Assembly (NCBI GenBank): GCA_965113315.1
Contig: OZ220372.1
Reading direction: 5' to 3' (one strand)
From: Podarcis vaucheri
Taxonomy: Eukaryota
Length of the DNA: 64,000 nt
Positions 1-11,965 of this stretch are shown here, in pieces (positions within the stretch are counted from its first letter, which is position 1; every line of letters starts with the position of its first letter). The position numbers were made by a program, and so were the translations under genes. The notes beneath the pieces are model-generated. The model saw nothing but the letters and a program-made list of their open reading frames with translations, was not told where the DNA came from and made no database searches.

Positions 1-166
1 CTTAGCCGTTCCTCATAAGGCATCGATTCCAGGCCTTTGACCATTTTGGTTGCCCTCCTCTGGACACGTTCCAGTTTGTCAGTGTCCTTCTTGAATTGTG
101 GTGCCCAGAACTGGACACAGTACTCCAGGTGTGGTCTGACCAGAGCAGAATACAGTGGCACTATTA
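1..166 (-). mobile_element. CR1 LINE fragment (3' part of ORF2)
   Basis: ctggacacagtactccaggtgtggtctgaccag is the reverse complement of the conserved CR1 ORF2 C-terminal motif [13 protein letters not shown]; runs off the window start. Confidence 0.8.
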
Positions 167-167
167 C

Positions 168-341
168 AGTGCCGCCGGAGCATGATTTCTGTTCTCATCC
201 TGAAGCAAAGTTCTTAACCTGAGGTACTATTTCTGGGTTAGCGGAGTCTGTAACCTGAAGCATATGTAATCTGAAGTGTATGTAACCCGAGGTACCACTG
301 TAGTTTGTAAACAGGACTGTTCGTAAACTGAGGTACCGCTG
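168..341. mobile_element. Partial Tc1/mariner-type MITE plus the end of a second related MITE
   Basis: Same sequence as the 1071-1288 family in opposite orientation, ending gaggtaccactg-TA at 300; a second end gaggtaccgctg-TA at 341. Confidence 0.75.
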
Positions 342-594
342 TACTTGGAAGTTCAATATGTCTTACTCTTGTTTAATTGTACATAGGATTGTAACCTTCC
401 TTGTTTACCTTTGTTCTCATGCACCCTTCTGGGAGGGAAAAGGGAGAAGCATCTGCTGCCACCACTGTGCCCTGATCTTCTCATTTGTGCCTGGCCCTCA
501 TCCATAACAGATATCTATGCAAAGATGCCATTTGTTATCCAACCAACAGCTTCCTTGAGGAACAAAACCTTCTTTGCAAAGAAGGTTGCAGCAG

Positions 595-885
595 CTAAAG
601 ACCAAAAGGATGACAGCCATCTTTAAATATCTGAAGGGCTGCCCTGTGGAAGGTGGAGCAAGCTTGCTTTCTGCAGCTTGAAGGGACAGATTCAAATTGC
701 AAGAAAGGATATTGCAAGAAAGGAAGGATGGTAACAGCCATTCAAGAATGGAACAGACAACCCCGGAAGCTGGCAGACTCTCTTCCACTGGAGTTTTTTA
801 AGCAGAGGTTAAGCAGGATTCTTCACCTGCACTTCTTACATTGAGGGTCCCGTTCCAGCTCTCCCGCTCTGTGATTCTGTGACTA
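595..885 (+). mobile_element. Degraded CR1 LINE 3' end
   Basis: catctttaaatatctgaagggctgcc...ctctcttccactggagttttta...gattctgtgact resembles the CR1 ORF2 end, 3'UTR and ATTCTRTG tail. Confidence 0.65.
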
Positions 886-1070
886 ATGGGGAATGGCCTC
901 AATGGCAGCTTTTCCTTTCCCTGCCAGACAAGTGTATGATATAAACAAAGTTCTAATTCATGTGTACATTTACATGGATGTAAGCCACTGAATTCAATTG
1001 GACTTCCTAACGTGCACAGGATTGGACTGTAGCTAAAATTTTGTTTCTCTTTCTCTTTCCCTTTCTAGTA

Positions 1071-1288
1071 CAGTGGTACCTCAGGTTACATACGCTTCAG
1101 GTTACAGACTCCGCTAACCCAGAAATAGTGCTTCAGGTTAAGAACTTTGCTTCAGGATGAGAACAGAAATTGTGCTCCGTTGGCAGCGGGAGGCCCCATT
1201 AGCTAAAGTGCTCCTTCAGGTTAAGAACAGTTTCAGGTTAAGAACAGACCTCTGGAACGAATTAAGTACTTAACCTGAGGTACCACTG
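1071..1288. mobile_element. Tc1/mariner-type MITE (family A)
   Basis: TIR cagtggtacctcaggtta / taacctgaggtaccactg with TA on both flanks; near-identical copies elsewhere in the window. Confidence 0.9.
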
Positions 1289-1644
1289 TACTGCCCATTC
1301 CTAGTTCCCTCCACCCAGGAAGACATATTTCCTGTTTATAGGAACAGAAGAATTTGCTTCATACCAAGTTAGGCCTCTGGTCCATCTGGCAACAGGCAGT
1401 GTCTCTCTAGGGTCTCTGGCACATTTCTACCTAGAAATGTTTTTGCTCACTTCCTGCTTTAGGCCAGTCACCTATTCCTAGCATATCCCACCTGTGAAGA
1501 TACTGGAGAAGGTATAAAGTAGGTGTAAAAAGGGACTTTCTTCTTGTACCACAGGCATCAAATTTTAGTTCCTGAACCATGTTTTTTCTGTGCACCCCCT
1601 CAATTAGTACAGCTAACTCCCAGATAGTTTGCACAGGGAATGTA

Positions 1645-1971
1645 CAGTGGTGCCCCGCAAGATGAATGCCTCGCAAGACGAAAAACCCGCTAGACTAAAG
1701 GGTTTTCCGTTTTTCGATGCACTTCGCAAGACGAATTTCCCTATGGGCTTGCTTCGCAAGACGAAAACGTCTTGTGAGTCTTGCGATTTTTTTCGCTCCC
1801 CCCCTTTTTCTAAGCCACTAATAGCCTTTTAACCGCTAAGCCGCTAAGCCTTTAATAGCCGCTAAACTGCTAATCCGCTAAGCCGCTAATAGGGTTGCTT
1901 CGCAAGACGAAAAAACCGCTAGACGAAGAGACTCGCGGAACAGATTATTTTTGTCTTGCGAGGCACCACTG
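1645..1971. mobile_element. Tc1/mariner-type MITE (family B, short copy)
   Basis: TIR cagtggtgccccgcaaga / tcttgcgaggcaccactg, TA flanks, subterminal cgcaagacgaa repeats, internal ccgctaa repeats. Confidence 0.9.
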
Positions 1972-4344
1972 TATTCCAAAGATGAGTTATCTTAGGTCTA
2001 TAGCCACTTGTGATGGGAGACTATCCTGATTTTAAAAAATAATAATAATAAAATTCTGTTTACATGTAAAAGAGTATGGAAAAGAGTCAATCACTATTCC
2101 CCTGCCTCAAAAAAATACCTGCTCCCACTTTCTGCCTCAACAGCAAAACCATTGAAATAACTAACAGGATGTTGTCGAATAAATTCCCTTACATTTTAGA
2201 TGTTGTAGAATAATTTATATTTTATTAATAAGAATTTGTCTTACCAATATGGTATTTTATACCACTCATTTATAAAATAACTTTTAAACATAGTGGGCCA
2301 ACTATATTTAAGTAAGTTCTGCTTGATTTGCATTGACGCCGAGTCCCTGACAATGAATCTTTCTGCCTCTTAAAAGAAATCCAAGGCTGTAAGACTGTAC
2401 CCACTTACCTTGGAGTAAGCCCTATTAAACATAAAATGTGTACTTCTGGGTAGAAATGCATGTTATGTAGTAGCATCTGATCTCAGATTAACCTATATGT
2501 AAACAAATTGGACTTTGCTGTCCAAGAAACAAGAGGGGCAAACTACAGAGATTATAAAGGCTAGAAAAATGGAGAGAAACAGGAAATAAAAGTGCATGAA
2601 AGGGGAGGGGGAAACAGCAGCTCTTAGGAAACCAGGGATTCCTATATCCTGGTATCCAAGCAACTCACTTGTCAATCACAGCTCTGACTTCAATCATTGG
2701 TTAAAATCATGGAAATGTGGGTGCAGCCTGGCTGGCTCATCCCACAGAATCACTGAGACATTGCCTGCTCATTTTGCTTGACAGCTTTCCTTCTAGGAGG
2801 ACTAGGCTTTGTTTTGTTTTGTTTGTAATGAAAGCTCAGTCTGGGGATTGTATCCAATACGAGTTCTACACAAAATAAAACATTGGAATTAATGGCCATG
2901 ACTAACTAAAGTCCATTAATTTTGGATACATCTGGCATGGGCTCAGGTGCAGTTGCTTCAACGGCATCACTATAATCTGGCCACAATGACAGGTCCATTT
3001 CAGTGGATGAAACAGCCACTGAGAATGTTTTCTAAGCAAATCTTTGTATAGTCAGAAAACCCTGGGTATGAAATTTATTTGCCTTTTATGTTGCCACTGA
3101 TGTTGCAGTAAGCAAATGCTTGTCACTGAAGTAAGTGGACCATGTCTCCTGTTTGAAGAGGCACCGTGTAAATATTTTCATACCCACCTACAATCACACT
3201 GCTTTGCTGAGGAATACAGATAAATTATTCCCAGATACACACAGCACCTCTTGGAGCACGTAGGACCCAGGGCAGAAGAGTTATCTGCAGATGCCAGTTT
3301 CCACACATGGATTGCCCATGCTGGATTTGAAATTGTACACATTCTAGCTTTCATATCTCAGTTTTTAACACTGCTCATATCTTGTTGCAAGTGTCATGGG
3401 TGTAGGGACGAAATGGCTGCCATGAACAGCAAAAAAAAGGATGGCGATGGTACTCTGTACCAGTGAGTATCATCACAAAAAAAACACTGATTAGATGAAT
3501 GGAGTCACCGAGTCTTTTAATGGCCCAGTGACTTTTAGCACTGTCACAACAGATCAGAGGATGAAGCCAGAAATTCCCAGTGCTCAAACTAGGATAGACG
3601 ACAGACAACACTGTGATCTTACTCCCAGAACTGGCACAGCAGATTCCTGCCATCCTTTGCAGCATTTTACATACTGCACACAAGGTGCAGTAAGCAGGTA
3701 GGGCCAGCAACAACCACAACTGGGACCCCTCAAGCCTCCTTAGAATGGCAGATAAATGTCTGTTTTGTATGTTTCCTTTATTTGGAGGTGTTTAATAGCA
3801 AATGAGCCATACCTGGGTGACTTCCCTCTGTCATTTGGCAAGCAAAGGATGCCAATTTTTACTTATGATGCCAGAAACCACTGTAAACACCTCAGCTGCT
3901 AAAGCAGGGGCGGAATCATATAATAGAGCTGCCTGGCAACTTGCTTTGTGAAGACTGCAAGGGATGCACCATAGTAACTTGCTTTAAGATATGAGTAGTG
4001 TTAGGTGGAATTATGGGCAAGGCCAGGCAAGGAGCACACTCTGTCTCACCATTTTGGACAAGTCACTGTCTTTCAGCCTGAACTATAAAACAGGGTTGAT
4101 GCGAGAGAGAGAGAAAACGTGACAATGAAATATTTGTAATGTATCTCCACCATTCTGCACAGGCTGGGAAAGGAGTTTCGACAGTAAACAATTACTAGCA
4201 GGGGGCTGTGTAAAATTTACCTCAGCAGCAGCTTACATATGGTTGGCAGTGGAGGAATAGGACGATGGCTGGAAATGAGTTATTTTGATGAATGGAACTG
4301 TATTTGTGCGATAGGTTACTGCCTTTTTTGTGATTTAAATATTG

Positions 4345-4482
4345 CAGTGGTACCTCGGGTTACAAACACGTCAGGTTACATGTTTTTGGGTTGCACAGAA
4401 GCGCTGAATCGCACAGACGCGGCGCTGTGGGTTGCGAACATGCCTCCCGCATGGATCACGTTCGCAACCCGAGGTTCCGCTG
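4345..4482. mobile_element. Tc1/mariner-type MITE (short)
   Basis: TIR cagtggtacctcgggtt / aacccgaggttccgctg. Confidence 0.75.
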
Positions 4483-5689
4483 TAATTGAAAAGATAAGAT
4501 CAGGGGTTAGCCGACACTTGGCTTCTCTCTCTTTCGTCTGCCCGTGGCTTTGATCACGCTACATCTTTCTTTGTGCTTCGTTCTCCAGAGACTATCTCAG
4601 GGTCATGGCCTGTTTCCTAGTCAAGAGGTATAAACCTACTGGCTTAAATATTTGAGGCCCACAGTTTTAGCGGGGGGGGGCTTTTTCTCTCTTCTTCATG
4701 CTTTCCCCATTTCCCACATAACCCAGAGCAGACTAAACAAAACCAGTGTGAAATCTCATGGCTTGATGCTGCTATGGTTATATTTTTTAAGCTGTCATCC
4801 ATTCATTTGTACTTGTGTTTATTCCCTGGATTTACAGCTTTTTCAAGCCTTTTTTGGGGTTGGATGTTTGAAACCTTTTGAAAGAGGGGGAGGGGGAAAA
4901 GGGATTGCAGTAAGCAGTGGCCTATGATTAAAGCCTAGCGTTGTTTCTTTCCCCCTGCATGCTGCTCTTGTGCAGTAGTGTCACACATGGTAGCATTTAG
5001 GATCCCCTTCACAGCTGAAGTGTTTCAAACACTAATGAATGGAAGTTTGGTCACATAATGCAGACAAGCTGTAAGGCATGCTTTGCTGAATGGTGTGCGG
5101 CAGTGGCCTGGGAAAGGAAGAGAGTTATAAATTGTGTCAGTTAGCCACCCAGACAAAATGAAGCCATGTGGAAAATCAAATCTATTAAAGTATGAAGACT
5201 GTTATAAGCTGGTCATTCTTAAAAGGTCTCAGTTTGCTGTACGGGTAAATGTTTACCTATTCGCCCTAGATCTTTTTCACATGCTGTCTCACAAGATGAT
5301 GTGCAGCATTTGATAAAAATCAACTTCTCGCTCACAGGCCCCCTTTTATCAACAATGTTTATTGTCTCCAGTTTACCACCCATATCCTGAAAGGTACTGC
5401 TGCACATTAATTGAATAAGGAGTGTAAAAAGGATGGCAAAGTACAGCAAGGTCAGGAGATGGCCCCTACATATTTTAAGACCAAAGGGAAGGGGAGGACT
5501 CCGGCTGCTGAGAGAGAGAGAGAAAGAAAGAAAGCAAAATGAAGCTGTGTCGGGTTTTTGTTTTGTGTGGTTAACGCAGATTTTAGACACTGACTTTCAA
5601 AACAATGTTGTCTTTAACACTCATTTTCGGCTTCAGATGGAGTGCCGTAGTGGCACTTGGTTTAACAAAATCTCAATAATGGCTGAGTG

Positions 5690-5880
5690 GGACTATTGTG
5701 GTGTAGTGTATAGTGTGATAGGTTAGGATGTGGGAGGCCAAAGTTCAATTCCGCACTCAGCTGTAAAGCGTGTTGGGTGGCCTTACTCAGGTTTCTATTT
5801 CGAAGCCTAACCTGTTTCTCAGGATTGTTGGCTGGGTGGATAAATGAGATAAGCAATGAGATACGGTTGTGCACTGAAAA
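5690..5880 (+). mobile_element. Old tRNA-derived SINE remnant
   Basis: A-box-like gtggtgtagtg, B-box-like agttcaattcc, then a MIR/Squam-like core ctaacctgtttctcaggattgtt; related fragments near 4050-4110 and 61490-61620 (-). Confidence 0.5.
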
Positions 5881-6317
5881 GTCCTGGAGACAGGACGGAT
5901 AACAAAAGAACCATTCACATTAGATTCACAGCCTTTAGAAGAAGCTCTTGCCTTCTCCCCCATCTGAAAGCTGGAATAGTTTGCATTTCTTGCCATCTAT
6001 TTTCCTCCATGCAGTTGTTTAAAGGTACATGCAATGCCTCCAATCACAGACAAAGTACCATACGAAGGCATATCCCCCTGGCACACTTTGGTGTGATTCC
6101 CACAGTTGCAGTATTACTTGTAGTATTTGCCACATTAAAAAAAAAAAATCGCTACAGGGTATACCAGTAGTTTCTCATGGAATGTAGCTGTTGTTTTTTA
6201 AACAGTGTATATTTATTCACTGAAAGGTACTTTTAGGATACTTTTTAGCCCCAAACCGCCACAAGGTGGCTTCCGACATATAAAAATACAATGTACACCA
6301 TCAAAACATCTAAAATA

Positions 6318-7399
6318 CAGTGGTGCCTCGCAAGACGAAATTAATTCGTTCCGCAAGTTTTTTCTTCTTGCGAGTTTTTCGTTTTGCAATGCACGGTTTC
6401 CCATAGGAATGCATTGAAAATCAATTAATGCGTTCCTATGGAAACCGCCTTCAGACCAGGTCCGGGGACAGTCTGTCCCCCGACCTCTTCTGAAGGCTGG
6501 GGGGGGGGGAACAAGGGCTTTTCTTCCCACGCCCAGCATTTTAAAAAACCCCGGGACAGCGAAGGACTTCTCCGCTGTCCGGGGCGATCTTAAAATGCTG
6601 GCGGGCGACATTTTAAAATCGCCCGGGACAGCGGAGGACTTCTCCGCTGTCCGGGGCGATGTAAAAGCCCCTGGGAAGGCAGGCAGGGGCTTGGACCTCT
6701 TCTGAAGGCGGGCGGGGGGCGAAAGGCTTTGCTCCCCACCGCCTGCCTTCCAAAGCCGTCCGGGACAGCGGAGAAACGTGCTGCCTTTCTCCACTCTCCC
6801 GGGAAGGCAGGCAGGGGGGAGCAAAGACTTTCGCCCTCCGCCCGCCTTCAGAAGAGGTCCTGGACCTCTTCTGAAGGCGGGCGGGGGGCAAAAGTCTTTG
6901 CCCCCCCCCCGCCTGCCTTCAAAAGCCGTCCGGGACAGCGGAGAAACGCGCTGCCTTTCTCCGCTCTCCCGGGAAGGCAGGCAGGGGGGAGCAAAGACTT
7001 TCGCCCCCGTCCGCCTTCAGAAGAGGTCCAGGACCTCTTCTGAAGGCGGGCGGGGGGCGAAAGTCTTTGCTCCCCCCCGCCTGCCTTCAAAAGCCGTCCG
7101 CGATAGCGGGAAGCGCTTCCCTGCTATCCCGGACTGCTTTTAAAATGCTGGCGGTGGGGAGCAAAGCCTTTCGGCCCCCGCCGGCCTTCCTGGACCTCTT
7201 CTGAAGGCCGGAGGGGGGAAAAGGCTTTGCTCCCCACCACCAGCATTTAAAAGAGGCCCCGGAGATTTCCCTATGGGCTTTCTTCTTGCGAAGCAAGCCC
7301 ATAGGGAAATTCGTCTTGCGAAGCGCCTCCAAAACAGAAAACCCTTTCGTCTTGCGGGTTTTCCGTCTTGCGAGGCATTCGTCTTGCGGGGTACCACTG
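6318..7399. mobile_element. Tc1/mariner-type MITE (family B, long copy) with internal palindromic tandem array
   Basis: TIR cagtggtgcctcgcaagacgaa / ttcgtcttgcggggtaccactg, TA flanks; termini match the 1645-1971 copy in opposite orientation. Confidence 0.9.
6693..7100. repeat. 169-bp GC-rich tandem repeat, each unit self-complementary
   Basis: Units start ggacctcttctgaaggcgg at 6693, 6862 and 7031; complete units end in the reverse complement ccgccttcagaagaggtcc. Confidence 0.9.
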
Positions 7400-7554
7400 T
7401 ACTAGCACAAATAACTGTAAGAACATCTGTAGGACACCACAGCAATGAAAGAACAATAAGAACAGCACTCAACCCAATATAATATCATTAAAATCAGGTC
7501 AAATTATTGAATCCCATTCAGCACCAATTCAGACAACAGAACCATGATATATAT

Positions 7555-7775
7555 AAGGGGTCAGCAACCTTCAGACCTTGTGGGGGGCCGGACTATATTT
7601 TTTTTTGGGGGGTGAACAAATTGCTATGCCCCACAAATAACCCAGAGATGCATTTTAAATAAAAGGACACATTCTACTTATGTAAAAACACGCTGATTCC
7701 CGGACCGTCTGCGGGCCGAATTTAGAAGGTGATTGGGTCGCATCTGGCCCCCGGGCCTTAGTTTGCCTACCCATG
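7555..7775. mobile_element. hAT-type MITE
   Basis: Imperfect TIR aggggtcagcaa / tttgcctacccatg; 8-bp flanks atatatat at 7547-7554 and 7776-7783. Confidence 0.7.
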
Positions 7776-7993
7776 ATATATATTCTAGAAGGGAAAGAAA
7801 CTTGAATTAGTATATATTTGATGCCTGTTTGAAGACCTGCAGAGATTAAGCCATTTGCAGCTTGTTTGGAATTGAATTCCACCAATGGCTTTCCTGCTGA
7901 GAATGCCCTCCTCTCCCTCATGTAAATGGACTCTGTTGACTAGTTTTGAACCTAGAAGCAGCACTAATTCGCCATTTTGGTTGCACATTTCAG

Positions 7994-8041
7994 GAACAGA
8001 CTGAAGAGACATCCTCACAAGAATCTGCAGAAGATGATTAG
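7994..8041 (+). CDS. HMGA2: HMGA2 terminal coding exon (acidic C-terminal tail, EQTEETSSQESAEDD*)
   Basis: Acceptor tttcag at 7988-7993, branch-like cactaat upstream, phase 0, 48 nt including stop; matches the recalled mammalian HMGA2 tail EETEETSSQESAEED*; followed by recognisable HMGA2 3'UTR; synteny with LLPH. Upstream exons lie outside the window. Confidence 0.95.
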   Translation, partial: EQTEETSSQESAEDD

Positions 8042-8061
8042 AAGACCACACATTGCAATTT

Positions 8062-10950
8062 CTACCTCATCAGCAGTTGGGTCTTTTGAAGGGAGAAGAC
8101 ACTGCCGTGACCACTTGCTTCTGTTGCCACAACCTTTCCACTTTGGCCTGAGGGGGGATGGGGAGGGGGGGAAATCAGATAACCTTAAAAAGGACTTATT
8201 AATCACCTTTGCTGTAATCCCTTCACTGCCCTGGTTTTAGTGAAACTGCTGTAACACAGGGGGACACAGATAATGATGCAACATTTAATTACTGTTTTCT
8301 CTTTTATTTTGCTTTAACCTACTAATAGTTTGTTTGAGCTGCTAAGTAAGGGTGAATGGGTCAGTAAATCTCTGAACTGGGTTTTAAGTCATTCACTGCA
8401 CTGCATATAAATAAGACTTTTGTAAAATATTAATTATAATGGGCATTCAAATAAGGAGGCCTTGGTGTCTGACACCAGTCCTTACAACACCTCTGACAAC
8501 CCACTCCCCTAGCTTAGTAATTTCCCTGTTTAGAACACCAAAGATAAGGATTAGATACTACTCTTTTTATAGCCTTGTTCTAGATTTGTGCTTGATTGGT
8601 TGATTTTTTTTAACATTACTGGTATTTCAAGATACATTGATGGCTGATATTTTTTCACTTAATTCAGCTGATATTCAGGAAAGAAAGCCACAAGAAAAAA
8701 AGGTACTTTTACTTTGCGAAAGGGAAAAAAACCTGACAAAGATACATTGTATATTCACTAATACACATATATCTGCAGAAGTAGTACTAAACAGAACTCA
8801 ACACACCTCTGTGGGAACACATTGGCGTCTCTTCAGGTAGACTACGCTTTCTGGGAAGCCTCTGTTGCTTACAGATGGTTGACAGCAAACCCTCTCTCAC
8901 AGCAGACATTTAACAGCTAAAATTTGAATTTAAAACAATACCTCAGAATTGTTCTGAATCATGGTCATAAACTGGAACCGAGGGCAAAGAGTCAAATTCT
9001 TCGTTTGACTTAACTCACTACTGTCGGTCCCGTTCTATTGTCTCTAAACAAATGGATCTCTGTTCTTAAATCACACATCTCAATGCAAGAGCCAACACCG
9101 TGTACCTCAAGTGAGCTTGTTATTACTTTTCAGCAATATACCTTGACATAGGATGGTTTGCTGGGCAGCTTTAACCCAGTTACATGTCTCCACCTTTTTC
9201 ACTCAAAGCAGCACTTTTCAGCCACAAATGCAATATTACCCCACTTTTCAATACTACCTCTGATACGTACCATTAACTCAACAGTCATATAAACATTTGC
9301 TGCTATAATCATGCAATGCAGATTATTATTATTGGGTAGGTAAACATTAATTTCTGCATTTCCCCCTTATTTCTACTTTTGTCACCTAATTTCAGCCAAG
9401 GAGACGATACTTTTAGTGTTTTTCAGCATAACCATGTAATTTCCCCCCTTTTTATGCCTTTACTCTGCTAAATTTCTATGTAATGTACCATTAACTTGAA
9501 TATATTTTTGTACCGAATTGCTCATAAGGTTTGCAAGGATAATTTTCTTCGATAACACTGCATGACAGGAAAAAAATAATAATTAACCGCAATGTTTAAA
9601 TATTACTGTCCAAGTTTGTACCTCAAATAATTTTTTTTAAGGAAATGGACTAGTTGATTGACAAAGACCTACCTCCAGACTATAAATGGAATGAACTTGT
9701 TGTTTCTTTCAACATTAGTTTTTGAGAAGATTGAAACATTTAGGACTGCAACAAATCCCTGATCAAAACTATTTTTTTGTAAATGAACTTTGTGGGAAAT
9801 GAATGCATTAATTACTTTCCTATTAAAAACAACCCTTCAAAGAAACTTGAATCTTTGTAGGTGGGAGGCAACAAGCTCAGCTTTTTGCATAATGCAATCA
9901 CGAATATGTGCGTGTGTTTTAAAAAACTAGTAGATTGTATGCGAATACTTTTCAAGTATTTTCCATGTATTTTTCACAAATGTGATTTTTTTAAAAAATA
10001 TGTGTCAACCAGATTTATTTTAAATGCTTCTTATGTAGAGTTTGTTTAATACTTCTTTCTCTTTCTCCCTTTCTACGTCTCTCACACAGCCTGCTTGCTA
10101 ACATGGTTTTACTATTTGGGCCAGGGGTAGTTTCTCAGGAAGGCTTTCTTCAGTATGACTCAAGTACTTAGCCAAATGCAACTAAGGAAAACTACTTCTT
10201 GGCTGCCTCACAATAGAGAACATTAAGACACAAGCGCCTCACTAAGGAACAAGAGTACTTATTGCTGTGGATCACCAAGAATGGAATTAGCGGCAGGGTA
10301 GGGATGGAATTGGCATCCTTGCATTACCAAGCTGCCTTATGGGCCCTAAGTCATGTCTATTCAAGCTGTTGCCCGGGATCAAAAGCACAGTGACTGTGCA
10401 TGGAGGCATTTTAGCCCCCTGAAAGGCCCTTCACTTTTTCCAAAAAGATTGCAAGGTGCTCTGGAGCAGCACCCCATGAGGCACAGTGGGTTCCTGTTTG
10501 AAGAAATTACCTAATTAATAGGTACACTGGGGCAGGACTTGATAACATGCTCTATTACCTCTGTCGTGGAGTTTTCAGATGCACACAGGCCACACTCCAA
10601 AACTCTTGTAAGTGTCCAAGGTGCACACGTAATCCATTCAGGAGGGGAGAATTTCTCTTCAGTTTTAGAGAGTGTTCTGAACACAAAAACGGGAAATCCC
10701 CGTGGAGAAATGCATTTGAGAGACTCGTTGAAGGGAATTAGGTAGCCCTTGGCAGCGTGGTATATTCCCTGTTCTGGGGCATCTGGATTGGTGTAACAGC
10801 ATGAGACGAAACAAATGTTATCAGTATATATGGGTCAGATATCAAACTCCATGGGACTTTACAGCTCTGATGAAATTAAATCTTATATTTTCTGTAATAT
10901 TGTAGAACAATCAAAATACATTACTACCTCTCAGGGTCTTCTATACCTCA
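8062..10950 (+). promoter_or_regulatory. let-7/miR-98 seed-match cluster in HMGA2 3'UTR
   Basis: 8mer CTACCTCA 8062-8069; TACCTCA at 8939, 9103, 9619, 10944; CTACCTC at 9254, 9669, 10924; 6mer TACCTC at 10556. HMGA2 is an established let-7 target. Confidence 0.9.
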
Positions 10951-11308
10951 TTTTTCAGACTGAAAAAAAACTGCTTGTGACCACTGAAACAGAAAGATCA
11001 TCATAAAAATTTATATATATATAGTTTATTTTTGTGGGAGATAAATTTTATAGGACTGTTCTTTGCTGTCATTGGTCACAGCTAAATAAGACTGGACATT
11101 AACCTTTCTGCCGTTTCTGCAAGAGGGATGTGCTTGCAGAAGAAAAGTATCAAGATGTATAACTACAGTTTACTTTTTCCTGTTTTCTTTGCCTGTCTCC
11201 TAACTCTTCGCTTTGTTATTCATATAGAGTTTCTGACTACGACTGTACTTTGAATTGCTTGCTTGTTGAACATGTTCTTTTAATGGATTATCACCGTCTG
11301 TTCAGCAC

Positions 11309-11388
11309 AATAAACATAATAGCCGCTGTAATCCCCATGTTGTTTGATTCCTAGCGTTTTGTCACAGCTCCATGAAATAAGCAATAAA
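11309..11388 (+). terminator. Two HMGA2 polyadenylation signals
   Basis: AATAAA at 11309-11314 and 11383-11388, at the end of the UTR-like conserved block. Confidence 0.8.
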
Positions 11389-11659
11389 GTTTGGTCCCCG
11401 TGAACCAAGTTTGTAAAAAAAAAGATAAAAGAATGCATGCCAGTTATCTTTGTTCAAGCAACATGGGTCATACATGAAAGATTCATATCAAAATATTCCT
11501 AGGAGATATAGCCATACTATGGTGAGCTTTAAAAATTATAAACACACTTCTATATATTTATTTACGTCTTCAGCAACTTTGGATGTACAGCTGCTTTGAC
11601 CCAGCATGCACAGCAAACAAGAGTTTTGATATCTCCACAGATCAGACCATGGTCTAGAC

Positions 11660-11965
11660 CAGTGTTTTTCAACCACTGTTCCGCGGCACACTAGTGTGCC
11701 ACGAGATGTTGCCTGGTGTGCCGTGGGAAAAATTGAAAAATTTTCGCCCACTAGGCGGGCGCTGGACTGTGTCCACCCTATTTTCCATCCATCCTGGGTG
11801 GGGATCAGATTGGATGAGAGCGGACAAGCAGTCCGCTCTCATCCGATTCCCCATAGAGAGCAGCGGGGCTCTGACATCTCCCTCTCCGCACACAGTGGTG
11901 GTGTGCCTCATGATTTTTTTCATGAAACAAGTGTGCCTTTGCCCAAAAAAGGTTGAAAAACACTG
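11660..11965. mobile_element. hAT-type MITE
   Basis: Perfect 15-bp TIR cagtgtttttcaacc; perfect 8-bp TSD gtctagac at 11652-11659 and 11966-11973. Confidence 0.92.

Larger units (their letters stand above)
8042..11405 (+). other. HMGA2: HMGA2 3'UTR (~3.35 kb; 3' end approximate)
   Basis: Blocks recognisable from mammalian HMGA2 UTR, e.g. tcttttgaagggagaagacactgc, tttagaacaccaaagataagga, tttgtgggagataaattttataggactgttctttgctg; ends after two AATAAA signals. Confidence 0.92.

Noticed and set aside
1071-1090. TACCTCA let-7 matches inside MITE TIRs
   Set aside because: Intronic or intergenic, not in mature mRNA; coincidental with the TIR sequence
3400-3470. Possible cryptic HMGA2 exon (donor-like ca|gtgagt near 3463)
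   Set aside because: Weak acceptor context and no similarity to HMGA2
6693-7100. Regularly spaced palindromic repeats suggesting a CRISPR array
   Set aside because: Whole units repeat with no unique spacers, there are no cas genes, and the DNA is vertebrate
6213-7482. Cluster of overlapping ORFs up to 203 aa on both strands
   Set aside because: Products of a GC-rich palindromic repeat; the same peptides appear on both strands and there are no transposase motifs
1-7993. Search for HMGA2 exon 4 (PQQVVQKKPAQ-like)
   Set aside because: No matching segment with splice sites found by eye; presumably upstream of the window
7977-8240. 87-aa ORF over the HMGA2 last exon
   Set aside because: Wrong frame; the real coding part is the spliced 48-nt segment 7994-8041
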